From assembly GCA_000388065.2 (NCBI GenBank), contig KB932202.1: a stretch of DNA of 64,000 bases; one strand, written 5' to 3'. The stretch is from Fonticula alba ATCC 38817 (lineage: Eukaryota > Protista > Nucleariida). Under the pieces are notes generated by a model. That model did not search any database. It was given only the letters and a program-made list of their open reading frames with translations, and was not told where the DNA came from. The number at the start of each line of letters is the position of its first letter. Position 1 is the stretch's first letter. Positions 23,901-34,193 of the stretch are shown here, piece by piece. The translations under genes and the position numbers were made by a program.

Positions 23901-26900
23901 ACCGCCTTTTTTGACTTCCCGCAGCAGCAGGCCGCCGAGCCGGCCGGGCCCGGCCCCCGGGCCTGGCCACTCTGCTCGTCACGCGTGTTTTCCTTCGTGC
24001 CACAGGTGTATGTCGATCGGGTGCAGGGGCTACTCTTGCTGGAGGGTGGCGCTTCTCCGACGGCCGTGGCCGGTGGCGGGCCCGACCTCCGCCGGCACTG
24101 GCTCCCCCCGCTGTTCCCCTTCGCGGCGTACATCCGAGCCATCATCGGGCTCCAGGCGACCGGGCGCCAGGGTGGGCTGTCGGCCGACACCCTGGATGCC
24201 GGGACCATCGCCCGTGGCGGCAGCCTGGCCAGCCTGACACGGGCCGACTTGCGAGACCCTCGGCGCATGGCCCAAATCCTGCGCCAGGGATACACCCCTC
24301 TGACCGGCTCGGCACGCGTGGCCGTCCTGCATTCGGCCATCTTGCCGGCCCTGCGGCGACAGCTCCTCTGCCGGGCCCTGTGGACCGATCGAACGGTGCT
24401 GACCTCGCAGGCTCCCCTGTGGGCCGGGATCGGCCGTGCCCTGGCCCCGGCAGCCGAGGTTCGCCTTCGGCGCTTCCTCCTCCAACATGAAGTTCCCTTC
24501 GGGGAGCTGGTGACCTTCCTCTGCGCGCTGGCGGTCGAATCGCCGGAACGCAGCCTGCCCGCCGGGTCACCTGCCTGGACTCCCGGTGGGCCGGCTCCCT
24601 CGGCGACGAGCGGCCCTTCGGCCGGTGCCGGGCCGGTGGCCGCCGCCGGGTCCACATCCGCAGCCAGCCGGATTGACATCACCGCCCTCTGCCTGGACAT
24701 CCTTGGGGCCGGGTTGACTTTGCACCGATCGCGTCTGTCGCGCACCGATCGGCAATTGGCCCTGCAGCTGGTTGCGCAGCATGGCCTTCGCCATTCGAAT
24801 TTGGCGGTGGCCGCGGCGTCGGTGCACTCGCTGTCACTGGCCACGGCGCATGAGCCGCGCGGTAGCCTGACCGCCGCGGCCACTCGTCGCGAAGCGCTGG
24901 AAGCCTCGGCCAAGGCCGGGTCACGCGGTGGCCTCCGGGCCGCGGTGGCCGAGGCCCTGACCAGCGCCGCGGAGGCGGCCTGGCCGGCTCCCGACAGCTT
25001 GGCCGACACTCTCCATGCGGGTCGAACGCAACTGGCTCCAGGTGGGCCGGAAGGGGCGACCACCGGGCCCAGTGGCCCGGCCTCGGCCGGTGCCGGCGGC
25101 CCCAGCGACAGTGCCGACCAGGCCGATGAGGCCGATGTCCGTGTGGCCGTTGGAGTGATCTTGCGCATTTTGACCGCCTCGGCGGCGGTGTCGACGACTC
25201 CGGCCTCGGGAGATGTGCCGGCTCCGGGGCCCGGGGCCACAGCCGCCGGGGCCCGTGGCTCGGTCGACCAAGCCCTGCTAATGTCGTACTATGCCCAGCA
25301 GCAGGCCTTCCGGGCTCTGGTTGCCTGGTTTTCCGGGGGCCTGCGCACGCGGGCCGCTCGTCGTCGCGTGGCTTCGGACATTGTGGCCGGCCTGCTGCGG
25401 TCCCTGCCGAGCGACGGGTCCACCCCTTCGGCGCAGCTTCGCTGGGACTTTGTGCATGCGGCGCTGGACCTGGTGGTCCGGCTGTCGGACTCGGCGACCG
25501 ATCAGCCGCCCCCGGGATCCATGCGTGCGGCCGATGCTCTGGTTGGGTCGCATGAGGATCTGGACCGGGGGTGGTCCAGTGGCCGGACCTCGCTGTGGCA
25601 CTATGGCACCTCCATCATCAGTGTCACGGCCATCGGGCCTGCCCCATGCTCAGGGACATGTGACTGCCGGGCGGTACTGCATGCTGGTGCTGGGAGTGCC
25701 TCCCCTCGGCAAGGCTGCGGGGCCAATGGCCAACTGGTGGAATTCATCATTCGCCAGCCATCGGCCACCCTGCGGTACATTTGCAAGGCCCTTGGACCGA
25801 TGGATACCGGCTTGCCGGAGATTGTCCTCCCCACGAGTGGCAGGTACATATGTTGGCCTACGGGGTTCGGGGGGGGGGGGGGCGGGAGAGGGGCAGCAGG
25901 ACACCCTCTTTCTGTCGGGCCATTTTTTTCCCCCACCATCGCCGCGCGGTATCCTAACCGCCGCCCCTCGCGCGGCCGGCTCTCGGGACCAGCTCTTCGC
26001 ACACCGACTGGAATTTGCCGCCGTCCTTCCATCTCCTGCATTTCCTGTCACCCTACCCGGCGATTGGTCGGTCGCCGCCGACGCTGCTGTCTTCGGGCAC
26101 CGCGGCACGCCGGGCCATTGGCATCCTGGATCTCGTGCCGAGCATCGAGCTGCACAAGGTGCGTGCCTTTCTCCTCATCCTCCTCCGGGCTCGAAGCAGA
26201 GGCCCTCCTTGGACCCTGACACATGCTGCACATCCACACACTTGCATGCATTCACGCATGCACATTCGGCCCTTCAAATCCCTCCCCTCGGCCAGATTGG
26301 CGTCGTCTACATCGGCCGTGGCCAGGAGAAGGAGGATGAGATTTTGGCGAACCCGGCTGGCTCGGCAGCCTACTTGCGCTTTCTCCTGTCGCTTGGCCGG
26401 CTGATTCGGCTGAAGGGTGCCCGCCTGGCTACGGGCGGGCTGGACACCCATGGAGACTTCGATGGTCGCTGGGCTTTGGCCTGGGGGGCGCCCACTTCCG
26501 GCGGGTCGTCCATTGCTGCCGGGGCCCAGTGCATCTTCCATGTGGCAACTCTTATGCCGAGTGGTACGCTTCGACTGGTCCTTCTTTGCTTGAGGGCGGG
26601 GCGAGCGGGGGCGAGTGGGGGGGGGGGGGGCGGGGACACCACTTGGTGCAGGGCACAGGAGGGGGGCGCACTTCGAGGGCCAATGAGCGTCCACTGGTTG
26701 CGCAGCATGCCGTCTCCTGACTGGGCACCTGCCACGCCAAATGAAGACCCCAATGACCCGTACTCGTGGGTCAACAAGAAGCGCCACATTGGGAATGACC
26801 ATGTCGTGGTGGTTTTTGATGAATCAGCCTCGCGACTTCCCTGTCCTGGTGCTGGGCTGTGCCCGTACTTGGCGGCTGGCCGGGGGCCAGTCGACGCGGG

Positions 26901-27865
26901 GCCCGGCTGCCCGGGCGGCTGCGACGACGAAGATCTCGGCGACTGGACATCCGACGATGAAGAGGATGCCGGGCAGGCCCAGCCAGCCCGTGGCCCGGAG
27001 CAGCGTGACAAACCGGGCCCTGGCCCAGCCGGGCCGGCTCCACGGCGCCCGCCGGCACGCGTGCGCTCCTTCCCACCTCGGACACGCCCCTTCGATTTGG
27101 ACACCCTGCCTGGTCAGTTTGGCCATGTGGCTATTGTCATCCGTCCGGTGGGTGACCTTGAGGCGAGCCTGGCCCCGGCGGCCGAGCCGCCAGCCGGTCT
27201 TGGCGGGGCGCCAGATGATGCGCTGGATTTGCGCAGCCAATTGTCCTCATCGGCGGCTTGCTCATCGGACCGGTGGTTCCGGGTGAGTGTCCTGCGTAAG
27301 CCGGGAATCCCGGCTTTCGGGGCATTTACCGCGCCTCGGGTGCGTGCCACCGCCATGGCCACTGACACACGCCAGGCGCCCTTTCTTTGTGCCGTCCCAT
27401 TGGGCCTTTCTAATCATTCGCCCTGCGCCGGCCCCTCCTTCGGCCTGTGCCCCACCTCCGGTCCCGGTGCTCGGCCATACGCAGATGGTCTCGGAGAAGG
27501 CCCTCCCCGCGGTGGTCCGATCGACGGCCATGCAGGCGAGCCTCATCTCCCAGCTGTTCTGGGCGGCCTCCTCGGCCAGCGGCAAATCCGAGGAAGAGTC
27601 CCAGAAGCTGGGGCACTTGGCCGAGCGGGTTCGCTTGATCCGGCGCATTGGCGAGCGCTTTGCGGCCCCGGCTCCGGCTCCAGCTGGAGCGACATCTGCC
27701 CCACTGGGAGCCGGGTCGCCGGTGCCCAGCCGGTCTGTGTCGGCTGACCATCCACCTGGCACTGGCTTGCCGGGCTCCGGGGCCGATGATGCCGGTACTG
27801 CGTCGACCAAACCCACGCGCCGGGGTCTCGGGCAGGTGGCCCACTTCACCGCGTATACGGACTAA
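17845..27865 (+). CDS. TSC2: Tuberin (TSC2)-like Rheb GTPase-activating protein, ~2,656 aa, 15 exons
   Basis: Exons 17845-17944, 18063-19180, 19357-19796, 19926-20024, 20138-20780, 20948-22130, 22276-22423, 22600-23132, 23259-23485, 23638-23737 (tentative), 23872-25843, 25993-26158, 26296-26563, 26747-27339, 27485-27865. Tuberin-like blocks: LDFLDSTVRFSALPAHSFGQVVASLC, FFERDNRPAVRSILLEAL, SLWHYGTSIISVT, VEFIIRQPSA, PPSFHLL. C-terminal Rap-GAP domain: LDLVPSIELHKIGVVYIG...GGLD...IFHVATLMP...NKKRHIGNDHVVVVFDES...GQFGHVAIVIRP...MVSEKALPAVVRSTAMQASL. N-terminal homology favours TSC2 over RalGAPA. Confidence 0.88.
26110..27640 (+). other. Rap/Ran-GAP domain with the catalytic asparagine thumb (AAT 26794-26796)
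   Basis: KKRHIGND motif, equivalent to tuberin KKRHLGND; spans exons 12-15 of the TSC2 model. Confidence 0.9.
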
Positions 27866-28035
27866 AAATGTCCCTCCCCCCGGTGGCAACACACCGAGAT
27901 GCATCGTGATAAAGACGCGACTTTTGGCGAAATCGCCCAACAGAGAGATGTATTGTTGGAGGCTTGGTCCACGGGGGGGGGGGGGGGAGGGTGACCAACA
28001 GGGGGATTTCGTGCCCGGCGAGGGCCGGAGGAGGA

Positions 28036-30303
28036 CTACCCATCGTCACTTTGCGCCACAACGATGACTGCCTCGTCCCAAGGGCCCTTGATCTCGCTGG
28101 GCGTGTGTGTGTGTGTGTGTGTGGTCGAGGTAGAGAGGGGAGAAAGAGAGGCAGCCAGACGGGGGAGGGTCAGGAAAGTGGGAACGAGGGGGAAGGCACT
28201 TGGGTCAGGGCGTGCAGCAGACATGGGGGCAGCCATGGGAGACCGGGGTGAGAAATGCGTGTGAGAATGGCCAGAACGCACTCCTTCCAGCGCATGGAGT
28301 AGATCAGCCAGGCCGGCGCCAGGAAGACCACTCCCAGCCAGACGGTCAGATAGAGAAGAACAGCCATGAGGGCCGGCGAGACCGGTGGGAGCAGCGGCAG
28401 GTACACCACGTCACTGCTGACAGTTGCGGGGAGCGAACTCCAAAGGGCCACGCAGGTCATCGGCACCAGGAGGGTCGACAAAGGCGGAAGGTACTGAGCG
28501 CAGAAGGGAGGGAAGGAGGGAAGGAAGGAGGGAAGGTCAGGGGGGGGGGGGGAGGGGGCGAAAAGGGCGGGAAGGCCAAATAGGCAGGCGTCCACGAGGG
28601 AGAGAAGTGTACTTGGAAGCCATCACCGCCGAGGGAAGACGCCCGGCGAATGGATGCCCAGGCAAGGGAAAGGAAAAGCCCAGCTGCCCAGAGGGCACTG
28701 GAGAGGCTGGCACATGCCTCCAACCGGGAGGCCGCGAGCCCGGCCCCGAGGACGGCCAGCGACACGGAAAAGAGGTCTCCGCCGAGGGTGTTGCCATGGC
28801 TGGTCAGAGAGGCCAGGAAGTCCGCCGGGCTGAAGGCCTCGGCTGCCGGGCGAAGTCGCTGCCGAAGTGGCGAGCAGGCGGGCGCCATGGGGGCCCCTGC
28901 CGGCAGGGGGCCCGGCGTGGCCGGAGTGCTGGGCGTCCGGGGCGAGAGGGAGCCCGGAGGCGCAGGCCGAGCCGCCGGCGGGGTGGAGAACTCCCGATAG
29001 GGCGGTGCAGCTAGATATCCGGCGCCGACGGTGATGCCCAGGGCGGCGATCGTGTCATTGGAGTATCGCGACAAGGCGGCCAGGGCCACCGGGACGAAGG
29101 ACCGCGCGACGAGGCAAGCCACGATCGGAGGGGCAATCCCTGTTTGTTTGATTGGGAGATGGGGGGTCAGGGAGGGAGGCGGCCGAGGGGGAGGGCGCTG
29201 CTGCGGCGTGGCAACGCGCACCAGGAGCGAGAAGGGGGGGGGGGCGGGGGACAGGAGAGTGACGCACAGTCGATCAGCTGCTCGCGGAGGATGTGCCGAG
29301 CTAGGTGCCCAAAGCATTGGACACTGGCATGCAGCAAGGAAGCCACATCGGCCAGCCAGTGGCCGGCCAAGCGGAAGGGCCCACCAAGCCGGGGGCCATC
29401 GGAGGCGGTCCTGTGTCGGGCCAAAAGGTCTGAGAGCATTGCGGGCATGTGGGCCTCGCTTGAGGGGGCCCCGGCCGATCCGGTCTCCACCAGCAGATAC
29501 CAGCTGAGGGTGGCGAGGATGGCGGCGGCGGCAGAGCCAAGTGCCACGGTCCCAAGGACCAGGGTTGCGCGGCGAACGACCGGATGCTCGCACATGGGAG
29601 ACGACGGCCCCGACGAGGGGGAGAGCGTCCCCTCCCCGGGGGAGAGGAGGTCATCCTGGCCCATGGGCCAGAAGTTGAAGTACTGGAAGGCCGGGCAATC
29701 AAGGGCCTCGGGTAGGAGAGCATGCATCGGGGGGGCCTCAAGTGCGGCCGGGGAACTTGCACGGGCATCGGCTCCCCGGGATTGGTCAAGAGCGTTCCAG
29801 GACATGAAAAAAAGTGACAGGAAGAGGGCCACCACGGTCAAGTGCCATGCGAGCGTGGCGGCAGCGGCGGCGGCCAGTGGACGGAAGTCTCGCACCCGGA
29901 CATTGGCTGTTGGTACCGGGGGCGGGGGGGAGGGGGGAGGGGGNNNNNNNNNNNNNNNNNNNNNNNNNNNNNNNNNNNNNNNNNNNNNNNNNNNNNNNNN
30001 NNNNNNNNNNNNNNNNNNNNNNNNNNNNNNNNNNNNNNNNNNNNNNNNNNNNNNNNNNNNNNNNNNNNNNNNNNNNNNNNNNNNNNNNNNNNNNNNNNGG
30101 GAAGAACGAGGTCGTGGTGTCGCACTGTTCCGACGGAGGCCAGCCATGAAGGCCGGGCCGACATGGTTATCTGCAAAGGCCTGCTTCCGGAAGAGGACCC
30201 TCCGCCAGGTGTGCGTGCTGGCTGGGACAAAGCCAGCAGTCCCGGCGTGGCCGGGCGTCTGCGAGGAGACTGGCCGGGCGGCGAAAGACATGCGTGAGGA
30301 CAT
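28036..30303 (-). CDS. PIGC: Phosphatidylinositol N-acetylglucosaminyltransferase subunit C (PIG-C/GPI2), ~538 aa, 5 exons
   Basis: Exons (minus) 30303-30126, 29906-29268, 29139-28613, 28493-28282, 28096-28036; phases match (1,617 nt). N-terminal WRRVLFRKQAFADNHVGPAFMAGLRRN matches PIG-C WQKVLYERQPFPDNYVD..FLEELRKN. Internal SNDTIAAL and LAASRL motifs, several hydrophobic helices, and C-terminal WKDEIKGPWDEA (PIG-C FKENIHGPWDEA). Intron 1 contains an N-gap. The start could be 30303 or 30291. Confidence 0.9.
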
Positions 30304-30414
30304 GCTTTCCGTGGGGGTGGGAATATCGATCTATCTATGTGTCTTGCTGGGTGGGTGGGTGGGTGTCCCCAGACATGTGTGTGCACAGACGCGGGGGGGG
30401 GGGCAGGGACAGAG

Positions 30415-30474
30415 GCACGAGCACGAGCACGAGCACGAGCGCGAGCACGAGCACGAGCGCGAGCGCGAGCGGGA
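30415..30474. repeat. Hexanucleotide tandem repeat (GCACGA/GCGCGA) x10 upstream of PIG-C
   Basis: gcacga x4, gcgcga, gcacga x2, gcgcga x2, gcggga read directly. Confidence 0.9.
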
Positions 30475-30855
30475 GGAGGGGGGGTTCCGGTGGCCCAAGA
30501 CAGCGGCTCGGTGTCTCGGGCACAGAGAAGAGGGAACGAGAGGGTAGCAAGGGCTGGCGCGGGGGAGGGGGGGGGGGCGGGAGGACAGAAGGCGACGGTC
30601 AGTCAGGGCAGCGGGGGGGGAGGGGGATCTCGCGAACCGCCCCGCAGGAGCACGGGGGCGCACGATCAAAAAGGGACAACTCCTCCAAAATGTGCCGTGA
30701 GCGGGCCGTAGTGGATGATCATGTGCTATGGGCGGCTTTCGCGAGCGCCCAATTAATAAGGATGTGCTGCTTTGCCCACGATCGCTTGCCAGTGGCCGCT
30801 GTTTCTCGCTTCGGTCGTGGGGGGGGGGGGGGGGGGGGGGGAGGAATCTGGCGGG

Positions 30856-30863
30856 TATAAAAG
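30856..30863 (+). promoter_or_regulatory. Canonical TATA box (TATAAAAG) with an upstream CCAAT at 30749-30753
   Basis: Exact consensus match in otherwise very GC-rich DNA; the transcript it would drive is unknown. Confidence 0.35.
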
Positions 30864-31669
30864 GACCTGTATATCCGACGTGAGAGATCTCATGTCCCAG
30901 CAGGATATCCCAGCCACTTTCCGCCATACATAACCGCATCTCCGCTCCTCCTCACACACTTCCCACCCTCTCCTCTCCTTCCCTCCCTCCCTCCCTCCCT
31001 CCCTCCCTCCCTCTCTCTCTGTCTCTCGCTCCCGCACACGCGCGGGTCTACCCTTTCTCCGCCGCTCCTCTCCGGAAGTCCAGAAAGGTGATGTCTGTGC
31101 GCACCCTCTCGCCGAGGATGCGACCCGCGTCCCCCCTGCGTAGCCCCCGTCACGCACTCCGCTGCGGCATTCGCCGGTCAGCTCGCCACCGGCATCGGCC
31201 ACGCAGATCCCCCCTGCGCCAATTGCCCCTCAGGACGCTGCTCCTGCTCGTGCTGCGCCTCCTGGGACCGCCGCGGTCCCGGCAACAAGGGAAGCCCCCG
31301 GCCGCCACCAGAGCCCCGGGATGCTGCCCGTGCGCGAGATTGGCGAAAGGCCGGCGACTGCCGCCGCTCCGCCCGGTCTCCGAGAAAGTACCAACCCATG
31401 TGTCGCGCTCCTCGGGGGCCCCGCCGCGCCTCCGCTGGAAGCTGAAGGTCGCCATGAAAATGAGACAAAAATGAGGAATTCGCCAGAGGTGCCAACGCGA
31501 CAGTGGGAGCCCAAGGGGCGCATTTCTGGCGTTGCACCGTTGTCAAGGGCGTCCCTTGGCGCGGCCAGGGGGAGGGGGGGGGGGGCTTTTTTCCGCCTCT
31601 CGGGGGGGGGACCACTTTCTTGCTCCAGAGCCCCGCCATGCAGGGAGCTGGAGGCCCGTCTAAGGCTAG

Positions 31670-31709
<40 letters not shown>

Positions 31710-34110
31710 CGGGAAAGGCCAAGCGGTGAGCAGCCTCGCGGTGTGGGTCAAGAGTAGCCGGGCCCGCGGGAGAGCAAGTGGTGGGGCGGAGGGGTGGCCG
31801 TGACCATTCCGGACTGGCGACCGAGCCGGGGTCCGGCGGGACACGGCCTCCCGGCCAGGAGGGGCGGGAAATAGGGGCACCGTTTCCTCAGTCACACGGC
31901 CCTGCGGGCACCCGTGGGAGGGGGAAGCCTCGGTGAGCGCGCTTGCGAGCGTGTTTGTGTGGGTGTGGGTGCGAGTGCGCGGCTGCCCTGCGTGTGCACG
32001 TGTGTAGGCGTGGACGTGGGGGGCGCCCCGGGGCAGGCGGGCCGTTGTCTGTACGTGGGGGTGCACCCCTGCGGGTGTCCATGGGTGCGTGGCCGCCATG
32101 GTGTGCGCAAGTGCCCCGGTGGCCGGAGGTGTCGCAGGGGAGGTCGGGGGGGGGGGGGGCGGAGGGCGTGGGCTGGAATACAGGCGGCCTGGATACACCG
32201 GCCCCAACAAGGCCCCCCCTCTCTGGGCGGGGCGGGGGGGGGGGGGGCCGCGTGTGCACGGGCGTCTCTCGGTGACGGGCCTTTCTCGGAAGGAAACCCG
32301 GGCGGCAGGCTCGGTGAAACAAGCGAATTCGCTGATCGGGACGCCCCCCGCGGGGGCCCGACACCCGGGCGAACTCCCGGTCCGCCTACGGGGCTGAGCC
32401 AGCGCCCGGCGGAACCTTCTCGCGCGGGCTCCTCTCGGCGCAGGGTGGCAGCGCCGAGGAGGCGGGGGNNNNNNNNNNNNNNNNNNNNNNNNNNNNNNNN
32501 NNNNNNNNNNNNNNNNNNNNNNNNNNNNNNNNNNNNNNNNNNNNNNNNNNNNGGGGGGGGGGGGAGGGCCAAGGGAGCGGAACTTCTGGCGGCAGCCTGC
32601 AAAAAAAGGGGACACAAGCCGGCCGCCGGTGTTGCCTTGCATAAAGGAGCGGGCGCCTCGCTCGCGCGTCCACACACGGGCGTGCTGCCGGTGCGCCCCA
32701 TCGCCGCGGGAAGGGGCCGCGGGCGCGTGCGCCTGACAGGTGTCAACGGGGCGCCTGGACGCCGAGACGCCGCCCCTTCTCCTGGGTGGACGTGCTCGTT
32801 CTGCTCGCCGGGGGGGCGCGCAGGGGGGGGGGGGGAGGGGTGAACATCCCATCATCCGGGCGTTCCCCCTTGCAAGACCCAGGGGCGGTGTAGGGGGATG
32901 AGTGATCGAGGCCGCCCCTTGGCAATATAATGCTCGGCGGAATATAATAATGAGATTTGCCGACCGCCGGCTGTTCCCCTGCCTGCCTGCCTGCCTGCGG
33001 GCCCTCCCCGCCCGGGAGTCTGTTCCCGAGGGGGTGGCCGGGTGCACCGATGTCCGGCGAGCCCGGAACCCGGCAGCTGGCGCATTATTGTTTGTCCAAA
33101 CACTGGCCGGCCGGCGCGCACCTAACCGCGCCCCCGGGCGCACGGGGCCCGTGCGCCCTCCCGCAGCCCCCGTTCCCTTTTGTCCATGCTCCCCCCCCCC
33201 CCCCCCCCCCCCCTGGCCCCTGCCCTTGGGCCCCGCTTTGTCGCCGGCCGCCAGGGTGTCCAAACAAGGGTCGGAAACATCCCGCCCTCCGGCCTGCGGC
33301 AAGTGTCTGCCCGCCCTCCTGTCGGTGGTGGCCAAATGTGTGCCTCCTGCGGCCGTGGTGGCGGCCCCAGCGTGCGTCGCTTCTCGGCCCACCCCGCGAG
33401 GAGGGGGCAGGTCCGTGACCCGGCGCGCGCGCGCGGGCACATCGAGCGCGCCATACTCGCGGGGCTTGTGCGCACGTCCGGGCGCAGGATGGGGTGCGTC
33501 CGCGGCCGAAAGTGTGGGAACCGCCCCCCAGTCCAGGGGGCGGGGCCCGGGGAGGACGCAGCGGGAGGCCCACACGAAGGGGGCCCGGCAGGCGGGCGGG
33601 CGGGCAGGCAGGCGGGCAGGCAGGCAGGCAGGCAAGGGGGGAACGAGGGGTGCCGAACCCCTTGGTCAAGCCCGCGTGCCGAGGCGGTGAGCGCTCTCCT
33701 GGATACGGAGCGCCTGCCCCAGGCGTGCGCCGGCCCCTCGCGCCCCCCTCGCTCGGCCTGGCTCGCGGGCCAGGGACTCCTCGGCTGGCGTGGGCGGAGG
33801 GGACCCGGGCTGCGCGTGTGCCGCCCCCGGGCGGGCGTCTGCCCTCGGGGGCCTGCACACCGGCGCGTTTTCTCCTCCGGGGCGACCTCGCCATGTTTGT
33901 CCGGCCTTCGCCCCATGCCGCTCGCCCGGGGGCGGGGGCAGGGAGGGTGACCGTGTATCGCTGGCAACCGGGCCCAAGCAAATGCGAGCCCCGTTTGAGG
34001 GTGCCCTTTGCGGTGGCAGGGGCCCGAGCGATTTTGACGCGTCGTGCCCCCGGGTATGGGCGTGGTCTGTGTGGGGGGGCATCGGGGGAGGGGGCGAACA
34101 TGGGGCGGCC

Positions 34111-34193
34111 GTGTGCGCATGTGTGCGTATGTGTGTGTATGTGTGCGTATGTGTGTGTATGTGTGTGTATGTGTGTGTGTGTGTGTGTGCGTG
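34111..34193. repeat. 10-bp-period minisatellite (GTGTGYGYAT) x6 plus (GT)n; 83 bp of unbroken purine-pyrimidine alternation
   Basis: Read directly from the sequence. Confidence 0.9.

Noticed and set aside
28789-28802. RFX X-box-like sequences (GTTGCCATGGCTGG here; weaker ones near 33955 and 50566)
   Set aside because: Only half-sites match GTNRCC-N0-3-RGYAAC, and the best one lies inside the PIG-C CDS. They give no evidence of RFX autoregulation.
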